Positions 1 to 8,536 are shown, counted from the first letter of the stretch. The stretch: DNA of 64,000 bases from Anaeroplasma bactoclasticum (GCA_023667245.1 JAMPAL010000001.1:65317-129316), one strand, 5' to 3'. Numbers and translations: made by a program. The notes: generated from the sequence alone by a model not told the origin.

Positions 1-162
1 ACCATTTGGTCCAAGCAATCCAAAAATCTCTCCTTTTTTTAAATCAAATGATAAGTCATTTACTGCAATCTTTTCAGCTTGATTTGTTTTTTCAATCTTT
101 TGCTGCTTTTTCGAAAGACGAAATGTCTTCTTTAAATGCTTTGCTTCTAAAACAATGTCCAC
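1..162 (-). CDS. ABC transporter ATP-binding protein, N-terminal fragment (gene runs off the left edge of the window)
   Basis: Not in the ORF track. Reverse-strand translation from GTG (162-160) gives VDIVLEAKHLKKTFRLSKKQQKIEKTNQAEKIAVNDLSFDLKKGEIFGLLGPNG. This is the typical ABC N-terminus ending in the start of a Walker A loop (GxxGPNGAGKS). A GGAGG Shine-Dalgarno (complement of 169-173) lies 6 nt upstream. Confidence 0.7.
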   Translation of the reverse strand, partial: MDIVLEAKHLKKTFRLSKKQQKIEKTNQAEKIAVNDLSFDLKKGEIFGLLGPNG

Positions 163-371
163 AATATACCTCCTTTATTGTATATATCGGTCTATCTTAC
201 TTTTGTTTAGACTTCAAATTTTTTTTTATTATATCATATTTTTATATCTTCGGTCTATGTTTACACATTATTTTATCTATAATTTCAAATGCATTTTAAC
301 CAATCCTTATGCCTATCTATTTCATTGATTTTTATTCTTAGTAAGTAGAAACTATTTTGAATTTAGACATT

Positions 372-396
372 AAAAAAATACAAGACACTAGTCTTG
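372..396 (-). terminator. Putative rho-independent terminator downstream of ytfJ
   Basis: Hairpin caagac/acta/gtcttg (381-396), followed on the minus strand by a 7-T run (complement of 372-378). It starts 5 nt after the ytfJ stop. The stem is only 6 bp. Confidence 0.45.
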
Positions 397-400
397 CATT

Positions 401-772
401 TTATTCTTTTTTTCCCTTTTGAAACAATTGGAAAAATTGATGTGCCATATCTGGTATTAAATCAATTAAGTTTTCTAAAATATGTGATTTTTCTTCTAAA
501 TGTAATACTTTTACATCTGTTTGAGTAATCACCAAAAAAGCAATTGGAGTAAGATTAACTGTGCCACCTGCTGCCCCTCCAAATGGATCATCATCTTTGG
601 TTTCTTTTTTTTGATTGATACCTCCACTAATAAATCCACATTTTACTTTAGAAATAGGGAATACGGATATCCCATTGAACGTCATCATTTTTCCAATGAC
701 AACATTCACATCTACTAGTGACTTCATTTTCTCGGTTGATAAATTGAGCAAATCACTAAAATTATTGGTCAT
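401..772 (-). CDS. ytfJ: Sporulation protein YtfJ (GerW family)
   Basis: 123 aa. Motifs VDVNVVIGK, PISKVKCGFISGG, PFGGAAGGTVNLTPIAFLVI and VKVLHLEE match my recollection of B. subtilis YtfJ/GerW. There is a 4-nt ATGA-type overlap with the upstream ytfI-like gene, as in the B. subtilis ytfIJ operon. Confidence 0.75.
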   Translation of the reverse strand: MTNNFSDLLNLSTEKMKSLVDVNVVIGKMMTFNGISVFPISKVKCGFISGGINQKKETKDDDPFGGAAGGTVNLTPIAFLVITQTDVKVLHLEEKSHILENLIDLIPDMAHQFFQLFQKGKKE

Positions 773-1344
773 ACTTGTTTCTCCTTTTTTGATAATATTT
801 GCTTTAGTCCTTTTATATTTTTAAGGCTTGCTAGAACAATTTGAAATAAGGTTGCGGACAATTCAATCTCCAATTGTATTCCTATGTTTGTTTCATCAAA
901 CATTACTTGATAGTAATCGTTATCAATATATTGAAAAGTAGACTCAATATATCGTTTTACTGCGGATACCACCATCCAATTGGTAAATCCTAGTGCTGGA
1001 AACAAATTTGGATGAGAATGACTCAATCCTGATATGATGGTTACCTTATTGACTCTTGCGCATTCCAACAATAAATATACATAAAAATTGTCCCGCTTTA
1101 GATTTCTTAAACTTTCGTTTAAATTGGGAATAAAACACAAATCCACAAAAGATATTACATGTTCTTTTGATTTATTATTGGCATTTTGATAAACTCTTAT
1201 ACTGAAAAGCCGTTTTTTTAATAAATATAAATCAATATAAAATGGTTCTTTATTTCTTTTTTGAATTCGCCCTTTCACGGGTATAAGTAGTATACAATTG
1301 ATGAAAAATAAAATAATACACAATATGATTATAGCTTTTAACAT
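769..1344 (-). CDS. ytfI: DUF2953 / YtfI-like membrane protein
   Basis: 191 aa with an N-terminal TM helix (LKAIIILCIILFFINCILLI). Its position immediately upstream of, and overlapping, ytfJ matches the ytfI-ytfJ pair. The family assignment is from memory, not from a search. Confidence 0.5.
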   Translation of the reverse strand: MLKAIIILCIILFFINCILLIPVKGRIQKRNKEPFYIDLYLLKKRLFSIRVYQNANNKSKEHVISFVDLCFIPNLNESLRNLKRDNFYVYLLLECARVNKVTIISGLSHSHPNLFPALGFTNWMVVSAVKRYIESTFQYIDNDYYQVMFDETNIGIQLEIELSATLFQIVLASLKNIKGLKQILSKKEKQV

Positions 1345-1386
1345 ATTTTTATTTTGAACTTAATTTTGTTTTTTTATACATCTCAT

Positions 1387-1415
1387 AGGACATTTTGCCT
1401 ATTTTTTGGTATAAT
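1387..1415 (+). promoter_or_regulatory. Putative sigma-A promoter for the yidD-like gene (extended -10)
   Basis: TGgTATAAT at 1407-1415, and AGGACA (4/6 to TTGACA) at 1387-1392 with 17-nt spacing. An AGGTGA RBS lies at 1423-1428, before the ATG at 1433. Confidence 0.45.
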
Positions 1416-1432
1416 GATTGATAGGTGATATT

Positions 1433-2137
1433 ATGTTTATACTCAATCGTTGGGCTATCCAAATGATTTCCTTTTATCAAAAGCATAAAACAGTTTCCGG
1501 TAGATGTAGACACTATCCAACTTGTTCTCATTATGGTATAGCTTGCTATCAAAAATTTAACTTTATAAAGGCAACTTGTTTAACAGGATTTCGTATTTTG
1601 AGATGCAACCCTTTAAGTGTGAAAGTCTATGACCCTGTTCCTTTAACCAAGAAAGAAAAACAGGAGAAGAAAGAAAGATTAAAAACACTACTTCCGTTAA
1701 AGCAACTTCTTCTATCGATACACCAACAATACCCAATGAGCCAAATAGAAGATGATTTAATCTTATTATTTGAAAATACGTTTTGTAAACCTACACCACT
1801 ACCACCTAACCAGACTTTAGAATCAATTGGTTTTGATACCTTTCGTATATATATCCCTTCTAGCCAACAAGACCCCACTTATACCTTTTCTGATTCATCT
1901 TTTTTGATAGATACATCCCATTTGATAATTTTTTTTGATAAAATAGATATATTGTTGCAAATGGTCAAACAAAAAGAAATAGATTATAGCTTACCTTTTT
2001 CTAAAATAAAAGAAAAGATATATCCTTATCTCAAAGGAAATATCCCCTTTACCCATAGCAAAATCTATCAGCAGCATTATTCAAGCCAGTACATCGTAGT
2101 CAAACAAGATTCAAAAGAATCTAATACGCTAAAATAA
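1433..2137 (+). CDS. yidD: YidD-family membrane protein insertion efficiency factor fused to a ~165-aa C-terminal extension of unknown function
   Basis: From ATG 1433: MFILNRWAIQMISFYQKHKTVSGRCRHYPTCSHYGIACYQKFNFIKATCLTGFRILRCNP. This matches the YidD signature (YQ...CRxxPTCSxY...RIxRCxP). The track start at 1418 is a TTG inside the promoter/RBS region. The remaining ~165 aa has no motif I recognise. Confidence 0.7.
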   Translation: MFILNRWAIQMISFYQKHKTVSGRCRHYPTCSHYGIACYQKFNFIKATCLTGFRILRCNPLSVKVYDPVPLTKKEKQEKKERLKTLLPLKQLLLSIHQQYPMSQIEDDLILLFENTFCKPTPLPPNQTLESIGFDTFRIYIPSSQQDPTYTFSDSSFLIDTSHLIIFFDKIDILLQMVKQKEIDYSLPFSKIKEKIYPYLKGNIPFTHSKIYQQHYSSQYIVVKQDSKESNTLK

Positions 2138-2156
2138 ATAACTATTCCCAAATAAC

Positions 2157-2181
2157 GTGTGGCATAAGGCTACACTTTTTT
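2157..2181 (+). terminator. Rho-independent terminator after the yidD-like gene
   Basis: Stem gtgtggc (2157-2163) / gctacac (2169-2175), containing one G:U pair, with a 5-nt loop and a 6-T run (2176-2181). Confidence 0.55.
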
Positions 2182-2297
2182 CTTGCCTTCACTATCTATT
2201 TGATATATTTATCCCTTTGTTTGCTTATTTTTAAATAGTTGTTACTACTATTACAATTGGATATACCTGATGAAAGAATAATAACATATACGATAAC

Positions 2298-2333
2298 AAA
2301 ATACTCTTGAGCATATATGCTCAAGAGTATTTT
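2298..2333 (-). terminator. Perfect 36-bp palindromic hairpin; terminator after the DUF3795 gene (bidirectional geometry)
   Basis: aaatactcttgagcatatatgctcaagagtattt is self-complementary. On the minus strand it is followed by ttttgtt. It lies 15 nt after the stop at 2348. Confidence 0.65.
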
Positions 2334-2347
2334 CATTACAAATTGAT

Positions 2348-2644
2348 TTATTCATTCTTTTTTAACCGTTCTATTCTATCCTTTATATTTTGTTCAAATT
2401 CTTCATCTGAATATTGAGGATCACGAGTTTGTTTCCAAATATCACAAGGCAGTTTCTCACAAGTTAAACAATCTTTATATCCATTTAAATTGACACAACA
2501 ATGATAAATAGGGCATGCGGCATCATTTGGGCAATGAAAAACCTTGCCACAATGAGCATTACAACCTTTACACATAGATGCCGTATAACAATAGCATTCT
2601 TCACAATTAGAACCACATATACTCACGTTTTTATTCATTCGCAA
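2348..2644 (-). CDS. Cysteine-rich DUF3795-like protein
   Basis: 98 aa with a dense Cys pattern: CGSNCEECYCY..CKGCNAHCGKVFHCP..ACPIYHCC...CLTCEKLPC. This is typical of the DUF3795 family (from memory). Confidence 0.55.
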   Translation of the reverse strand: MRMNKNVSICGSNCEECYCYTASMCKGCNAHCGKVFHCPNDAACPIYHCCVNLNGYKDCLTCEKLPCDIWKQTRDPQYSDEEFEQNIKDRIERLKKNE

Positions 2645-3023
2645 TACGTCTTCTATACAATAGTATAAATTCTTTGATTTCTACTATTTGGTTATCATCA
2701 TAGATATACTTGGTTGATTTTCCTTGGATGATCTTTTCTACTCTTCTTCCTAATATATCATAGCTATAATTGATATGTTCTCCTATTTTTGTTAATTGTG
2801 TTCCTTCAAATGCCAATTTATACACTTGATTATTTTTAGTAATACTTGTTGGATTCAAAGCATAATACCTATCATAGGTTATATGGATAGTATCTTCTCC
2901 TATGATGATATCATCTAATCTAGTCTTATAGGTACTATTATATTGATAGTCTATTTGTATTCTTTTTCCTGTATTGATGCCTTGAGTTAAATCCACTCCA
3001 TAATTACTTTGAATGTATCTCAT
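2631..3023 (-). CDS. Small YD/RHS-repeat protein (130 aa)
   Basis: YD-repeat-like motifs are present: INYSYDILGRRVEKI, TKYIYDDNQIVEI, ITYDRYYALN. It has its own strong RBS (GGGGGGAAG, complement of ~3028-3036) and ATG. Its 3' end overlaps the DUF3795 start by 14 nt. Confidence 0.5.
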   Translation of the reverse strand: MRYIQSNYGVDLTQGINTGKRIQIDYQYNSTYKTRLDDIIIGEDTIHITYDRYYALNPTSITKNNQVYKLAFEGTQLTKIGEHINYSYDILGRRVEKIIQGKSTKYIYDDNQIVEIKEFILLYRRRIANE

Positions 3024-3093
3024 TGCTTCCCCCCTTTTTTCCTTATTTTAACATATTCTTTTGTTTCTTTCAAGGGTTTATTTGATTCTTTGT

Positions 3094-3130
3094 GAAAAAA
3101 GCATCCTAGTTTTTAAACTAAGATGCTTTT
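3094..3130 (-). terminator. Putative terminator after the pseudouridine synthase gene
   Basis: Imperfect hairpin aaaagcatcctagttt / aaactaagatgctttt (one mismatch). On the minus strand it is followed by a T-run (complement of 3094-3100). The right arm abuts the stop codon at 3129-3131. Confidence 0.5.
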
Positions 3131-3824
3131 ATTTTGCAAAGAATTGTTGAATTTCTTCTACCGAAAGTTCTACATAATGCCCAATTGGTAGATTTTTAGG
3201 TAACTTGAATGCTCCAATTTGTACTCTCGTCAGTGCAGTTACTTTTCCACCTAAATAAGAAATGATACGTTTGACCTCATGAAACTTTCCTTCTGTTAAA
3301 GTCATATATACATTTTGACAATCGATTGGTTCTATTTTAGGTGAAAGAAATGTTGTACCATCTGCTAAAATAATCGGTTCACCTTGATAAGGCTTTAATG
3401 TGCCTGTATAAGTTACTTGATATTTTTTCTCAACATGAAAGTTCGGACTAGTGAGTTTATGCGCAAAATCACCATCATTGGTTACAATAATCATCCCTTC
3501 TGTATCGATATCTAATCTGCCAACTGGAAACAAGGTTTGAACAAGCATTGGCGGTAAGTCTTGAAATAAAGATAAAATAGTGGGTTGATAGTTATCTTGG
3601 GTGGCACTGACATACCCTTTGGGTTTATTGAGCAAGAAATAGTGGTTGGCTTGATAATGTAATATCTTATCTTGAAATGTGATTTGATCTTTTGTTTCAT
3701 CCACCATATATCCTGCATCTTTCATCACGATACCATTTACTTTGATTTTTTGTTCCTTCATCCATGCTTTTACTTCTTTTCTACTACCAATATAACAGCT
3801 GGTTACATATTTATCGAGACGCAT
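3129..3824 (-). CDS. rsuA: RsuA-family rRNA pseudouridine synthase (S4 domain + PseudoU_synth_2)
   Basis: 231 aa. N-terminal S4-like MRLDKYV...SRKEVKAWMKEQKIKVNG, then LLNKPKGYVSAT and the catalytic GRLDIDTEGMIIVTNDG. The exact rRNA specificity (RsuA versus RluB/F-like) cannot be told from sequence alone. Confidence 0.88.
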   Translation of the reverse strand: MRLDKYVTSCYIGSRKEVKAWMKEQKIKVNGIVMKDAGYMVDETKDQITFQDKILHYQANHYFLLNKPKGYVSATQDNYQPTILSLFQDLPPMLVQTLFPVGRLDIDTEGMIIVTNDGDFAHKLTSPNFHVEKKYQVTYTGTLKPYQGEPIILADGTTFLSPKIEPIDCQNVYMTLTEGKFHEVKRIISYLGGKVTALTRVQIGAFKLPKNLPIGHYVELSVEEIQQFFAK

Positions 3825-6800
3825 GTTTTTTGAAAGTTACCCCCACTAAGACTATTGTTATCGTGATATATATCCACATCACCACTGTACTATTGCAATT
3901 GCTACATCCTTTAGCTGGAGGAGTTGGTTCTACACTTGGTGTTTCTTGATGAATAGATTGAACTATTTTCTTAAAATCGGTAAAGAAATGTTCCATATCA
4001 TCTACAAAATGATATGCATCTATTTGAGCAAATAGTTTCTCTTTTTCAAGTCCAATTTGATCTAATTCTTCTTGTGGATAGGCAAGATTTTTGATATAGT
4101 TTGTCATCTTATCCTTGATTTCTTGTCGTTTTGGCAAAATCCACTGTTCTACTTCTTGTTGGAAAATAGCATATGCTTGTTGGACTTCTTGAATGATTTG
4201 AGCCTTTTGAATGGCTTCGTCTGTTTTTTGAATCGCTTGATTGATCGCATCTTGGTAAATATAATCGATAGTTACTCCCCATTTATCTAATGCCTTTAAG
4301 ATGTTTTCTTTTTCAAGTGTTAATTTTTGATTATATTGTGTATTGAAGGCATCCACAATACCTTCTACTTCTAATATGGTTTGTGCCCTAGCAATTTGTT
4401 GTTTTGTCTTCACAATGAGTCCTGTAATTTCTGGATCTGTTGGCATTTCTTTTTGGCTAATTTCTGTTATAGCCTCATCGATTGCTTCAGTAATTTCTGT
4501 AATATAAGTTTGAACATTGTTCTTACATTCTTCTTGTAATTTCATTACATCTTGCTTTGTGCCACAAAGTATAATGTTTGCCATCGTTTTATCCGTCATT
4601 TGCCCGATATATTCATTTTGAGCATCAGTATACCATTGTTGTTGCAACTTTGATAGTTCTTCTTTGGCATTGGCTTTAGCTTGTTCTAAATCCTCATGTG
4701 TAGTTTCAATTTGTTGAATAAAATCAGTAGGATATGCCCGAATAGCCTCAATATCCGCCATTTCATCAATGGCTGCAATCGCTGCTTGTTGGGCTTGTAC
4801 AATGATTGTCATTTCTGCTTCATTGTAAGTTAGTTCATCTATGAACTTTTGAATGCTTGTTTTAGCCTGATTTTTGGCATTTTCTAGATTTTCAAAGTAT
4901 TCATTACAAGTTGCAACGACTCTGGTCCAAATATATTCAATATCAGATACAGAAACTGCTTGACGAATTTGTTCTTTGAATGCCTCACCTTGCTTGATGA
5001 GTTCTTGCTTGATAGCGTCTGAAACATCATAACTATTGATGAGTGTACCTATTTTTTGGATATAGGTCGTTTGGGCTTGTTCTAGTTGTTGCTTGAGCTC
5101 ATTGAGTGCACGAATGGCTTCAAACAATTGATCTTGATTGGTCACCAATTGCTGATTAGATGGACTCAGCAATTCATATTGATGTTGAATAGATACTATC
5201 AAATTTTCTTGGTTAAGCGTAATAGGTGTCGTAATTTGATTGATTTGCTCTATGATGTCTTTTACTTCTTGGGGAATAATAGGAGCACCCGTTTCTTGAT
5301 CAATATATGCTTTGGTACCTACTTCTAATTTCGTTACTGGAACAAATGGAGATCCATTGATAAGTCCATCTAAATAACGGGTAATTACAATTGCCTCGCC
5401 TGGTGCAAGTATAATGGAACAATTCGTATCAAAACCAGTTTGTACTTCTTTTATTTTTTCATTAGCAATAATAAAATAGCCATCAGAAGCCCCACTTTTT
5501 GATTCATAGGCATCTGTTAATTTCATTGTAACTGCTTTTTGTGTTTTATTGACATAAACACCTGCGGCCGATATATGAATACAACGCTCAATTTGTGTAG
5601 GATCAGTAATTTCTTGATAATTGGTGCCATTCTCATTTCCTGTAATATAAAGTACATATCGGTCTACGACTACACGATGACCTGACCAACCAATATAACC
5701 ACTCGATCCAGGACTATAATTCCCTTTATCTTCTGCTCCTATTGCACTTGGGTCATTACGATAAAACAATCCTTCTTGATCCATTCTCGTTAAACCCACA
5801 TTGACTTCAAATGATTTGCTAACTGTTTTTCCACTATGTTCTAAGGTAGCAATTAAGCCAATTTTGGTTGTTGCTAAATAATTCTTATATCTAACTCCTG
5901 TTTCTAAATCATATATTTGTTGATCGGAGGCATTTTGGTAAGAGAGTTGGATATAATCTGGTGTAGGTAATATCCGATTAGTTTGAATTTCTTTATCTAA
6001 AAATTGAATATAATCATTTAAAGTAGTCTCTAAATCAGCAAAAGCAGCAAGTTGCGCCTCTGCGTCCACTAATTTTTGATAATTGGTTACACTCGCTTGT
6101 TCTAATGGACTTAATAAATTGTAAACCGTTCGAATATGTTCAATTTGACTTTTGTGTTCAAGCGTAATCGTCTGTGGTATTTGATTGATGAGTGCTATCA
6201 CTTCTTCTACTTCTAAGGCAATGCTAACCAAAGCCCCCTTACTTGTTTCGTTCGCCAAATTGACACTGGCTACATAATAATCATATCCTGGGTCTTGTGC
6301 TAACTCAATTGTAGTTTGTTGCGTATAACAATAGACTTGAGAGATATCTTCTTGATTCAACCGACTCCCCTTTGGTACTTGATAGACCATATATCCTCTA
6401 GTTTGTTCAACAGGATTCCATGAAAGGGTATGATTTGTTTTATCATATACTATTCCAGTTGGATCTACTTCGTCTAATAAAGGCGCATAATAAGGAACGA
6501 CTGCCCCTGGTATTTTTACTTTCCAATAATCATTAGAAATGGTATCTACCGCATGAGCAATTGTAGCATTAGATGTGTTGAGCAATGTACTATATTTATA
6601 AAAACTTGCTCCTTTGAATTCTTTGTATTGTCCTGAAATGAGTAGTTGTAATTGCACTTCATTTACATTTCGTTTCCAGTATTCATTGGTCTCTAATGTC
6701 ATATATATACCAATACCTGTATATAGATTGACCTTTTTATACCGAACTGCCCAACTCCACCATTTGACAAGTTCCGCATAACTTGCGGCATCTTGTTCAA

Positions 6801-7851
6801 TAGGATGATAACACTGTGGCATAATATAGTCAATCCACTCATGATTGATCCAGTTTAGTGTATCTGAATATAAATAATCGCCATAATGTGCAAAACCTGC
6901 TGTATTAGAATACGTTGGACTAATCAAAGTTCCATTAGCATCATAAGTAGGGGATGCAGTATATCCACCATTTTGGTATACATTGGATGGTGAAATTCCA
7001 ATTTGTACACATTTATTGTGATTGACATTATAGGAACGAACTTCTTTTGATAAACTTTCAATAAATAAGTCTACCTGTTTTCTTCTAAAATTGGCTATGG
7101 AAAGATTTTCTGTATTGTATTTGGCACGCGTATTTTCATCATTTGCACCACTAATATAAAAATAATCATCAAAATGAATCGCATCTACATCATAATTTTC
7201 AACAAGTTCCATACATGTATCCACAAGAAAATCGCGAACTTCTGGAATACCTGGGTCAAAAATAATATTATTTCCTACCGTAATCAAATTATCTGGATTA
7301 TTGGCAGGATTTACCGCAGGAAGTGATTCTGCTGAAAAAGATGGGTTTTGTCCATTGGTTGAAATACGATATGGATTTAACCAAGCATGAAATTCAATTC
7401 CCCTGTTGTGACACTCTTCTATCAACCATTCTAATGGGTCGAAAGTGTCAAAATTAACCCCTCTCCACCAACTTGCTAGTGGATTGAGTTCTGATTTATA
7501 CATTGCATTATTGTGCGTACGTACATGATAAATGATGGCATTCATTCCCATTTTTTGCATATTATCTAATACTGTATGCATCATTGACTTATATTGTGAT
7601 TCGCTAGAATAAGCTGCAATGTCTCCCGCAAATACAGTAACCCAAGCTGCCCTTAATTGACTAGTTGGATAGTTATATTCTTCTAATCGGTACACTTTTT
7701 CATTACTATTCCGGTAAGTTAAGTCTGTACCATTTGATGCTTTTACAACAACTAAGTTACTTGCTTCTATGTGTTTCATTTGAAATAAAAGACCTAAGCA
7801 AATAGAAATGGTTGTCATCAATAGAATCATTGTTTTTTTCATATATTTCAT
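3811..7851 (-). CDS. Large secreted glycosyl hydrolase-like 10 (GHL10/DUF187, YngK-like) protein with a long helical C-terminal region and a C-terminal TM anchor
   Basis: 1,346 aa with signal peptide MKKTMILLMTTISICLGLLFQMKHIEA. The GHL10 core reads LRAAWVTVF...MGMNAIIYHVRTHNNAMYKSELNP...FDPLEWLIEECHNRGIEFHAWLNPYR. Two helical motifs of the INQIPxxITL...YxxLSPxxQxxVTN type follow, then roughly 450 aa of Gln/Glu/Ala-rich helical sequence. The terminal segment is VVMWIYITITIVLVGVTFKKHASR. It overlaps rsuA by 14 nt. Confidence 0.8.
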   Translation of the reverse strand: MKYMKKTMILLMTTISICLGLLFQMKHIEASNLVVVKASNGTDLTYRNSNEKVYRLEEYNYPTSQLRAAWVTVFAGDIAAYSSESQYKSMMHTVLDNMQKMGMNAIIYHVRTHNNAMYKSELNPLASWWRGVNFDTFDPLEWLIEECHNRGIEFHAWLNPYRISTNGQNPSFSAESLPAVNPANNPDNLITVGNNIIFDPGIPEVRDFLVDTCMELVENYDVDAIHFDDYFYISGANDENTRAKYNTENLSIANFRRKQVDLFIESLSKEVRSYNVNHNKCVQIGISPSNVYQNGGYTASPTYDANGTLISPTYSNTAGFAHYGDYLYSDTLNWINHEWIDYIMPQCYHPIEQDAASYAELVKWWSWAVRYKKVNLYTGIGIYMTLETNEYWKRNVNEVQLQLLISGQYKEFKGASFYKYSTLLNTSNATIAHAVDTISNDYWKVKIPGAVVPYYAPLLDEVDPTGIVYDKTNHTLSWNPVEQTRGYMVYQVPKGSRLNQEDISQVYCYTQQTTIELAQDPGYDYYVASVNLANETSKGALVSIALEVEEVIALINQIPQTITLEHKSQIEHIRTVYNLLSPLEQASVTNYQKLVDAEAQLAAFADLETTLNDYIQFLDKEIQTNRILPTPDYIQLSYQNASDQQIYDLETGVRYKNYLATTKIGLIATLEHSGKTVSKSFEVNVGLTRMDQEGLFYRNDPSAIGAEDKGNYSPGSSGYIGWSGHRVVVDRYVLYITGNENGTNYQEITDPTQIERCIHISAAGVYVNKTQKAVTMKLTDAYESKSGASDGYFIIANEKIKEVQTGFDTNCSIILAPGEAIVITRYLDGLINGSPFVPVTKLEVGTKAYIDQETGAPIIPQEVKDIIEQINQITTPITLNQENLIVSIQHQYELLSPSNQQLVTNQDQLFEAIRALNELKQQLEQAQTTYIQKIGTLINSYDVSDAIKQELIKQGEAFKEQIRQAVSVSDIEYIWTRVVATCNEYFENLENAKNQAKTSIQKFIDELTYNEAEMTIIVQAQQAAIAAIDEMADIEAIRAYPTDFIQQIETTHEDLEQAKANAKEELSKLQQQWYTDAQNEYIGQMTDKTMANIILCGTKQDVMKLQEECKNNVQTYITEITEAIDEAITEISQKEMPTDPEITGLIVKTKQQIARAQTILEVEGIVDAFNTQYNQKLTLEKENILKALDKWGVTIDYIYQDAINQAIQKTDEAIQKAQIIQEVQQAYAIFQQEVEQWILPKRQEIKDKMTNYIKNLAYPQEELDQIGLEKEKLFAQIDAYHFVDDMEHFFTDFKKIVQSIHQETPSVEPTPPAKGCSNCNSTVVMWIYITITIVLVGVTFKKHASR

Positions 7852-8007
7852 ACTTGTATACCTCTTTTCTTTCTATTTGAATCATTATATCATAAAAACG
7901 ATTTATACCAAAGAGTTTTGCAAGCGTTTTTATAGCAAGTTATGGAAGTTTGTATATATTTACATATTTTTAAAAATGATACATATAATGAGATTGAGGT
8001 ATATATT

Positions 8008-8472
8008 ATGAAATGGTTAAAACGAATTTTATTATTTTTATTTGTCTTGTTTTTATTTATTGTTCCTACGCTTATCTTCAAACCAGATTTGGAATTTTAC
8101 CATAGTTTAAAAGGCCCTAAATTGCCTAGTCTAGTCTTCCCAATTGTTTGGAGTATCATTGATGTTTGTATGAGTATCTTTTTTGTCTATCACTTTGAAA
8201 AAAGAAAAAGTTATGATAAAAAAGATTATGCTCGAGTACTTCTTTTCTATACCCTCACTTACTTATCCTACTTTATGTTTCCTTACTTCTTTTTTGTAAA
8301 ACATAGTTTATTTTTAGGATATGTATTTACACTTCTTAATTTCCTTTTTGCTACTTTAACACTTTTAGAATCTTTATTGTTGAACAAAAAGGCTAGTTTA
8401 TTGGTACTACCTTATGTGTTATGGGGAATTATAGCAACGGTGCTATCTATTATTGTTTATTTGAATAATTGA
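8008..8472 (+). CDS. tspO: TspO/MBR-family membrane protein (divergent)
   Basis: Start refined to ATG 8008 (GAGGT RBS at 7996-8000). It has five hydrophobic helices. LEFYHSLKGPKLPSLVFPIVWSII and LLVLPYVLWGIIATVLSIIVY align with my recollection of Bacillus TSPO (WYDALEKPSWTPP..IWAVL; LLIPYFLWSAFATYLSWTIY). Confidence 0.65.
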   Translation: MKWLKRILLFLFVLFLFIVPTLIFKPDLEFYHSLKGPKLPSLVFPIVWSIIDVCMSIFFVYHFEKRKSYDKKDYARVLLFYTLTYLSYFMFPYFFFVKHSLFLGYVFTLLNFLFATLTLLESLLLNKKASLLVLPYVLWGIIATVLSIIVYLNN

Positions 8473-8482
8473 TTTTGGATAT

Positions 8483-8531
8483 AAAAAAGAAGTAGTCAAC
8501 AATCATTTGGATTGGTTTACTACTTCTTTTT
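8483..8531. terminator. Bidirectional terminator between convergent tspO and the 388-aa gene
   Basis: Outer stem aaagaagtagt (8486-8496) / actacttcttt (8519-8529), with inner pairing caatc/gattg. It is flanked by an A-run on the left and a T-run on the right. Confidence 0.6.
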
Positions 8532-8536
8532 GCTTC

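Noticed and set aside
6-299. 97-aa plus-strand ORF from the track at the left edge
   Set aside because: It is low-complexity, Phe/Leu/Ile-rich, starts at a TTG and has no RBS. The opposite strand of 1-162 encodes a convincing ABC ATPase N-terminus with a GGAGG RBS. This ORF is therefore an antisense shadow plus AT-rich intergenic sequence.
7852-8007. Sigma-A promoters in the GHL10 / tspO divergent region
   Set aside because: Several TATAAT or TGnTATAAA-like hexamers exist, but the spacings to candidate -35 boxes are 10, 18-19 or otherwise poor. In sequence this AT-rich, such matches are expected by chance, so no feature is called.
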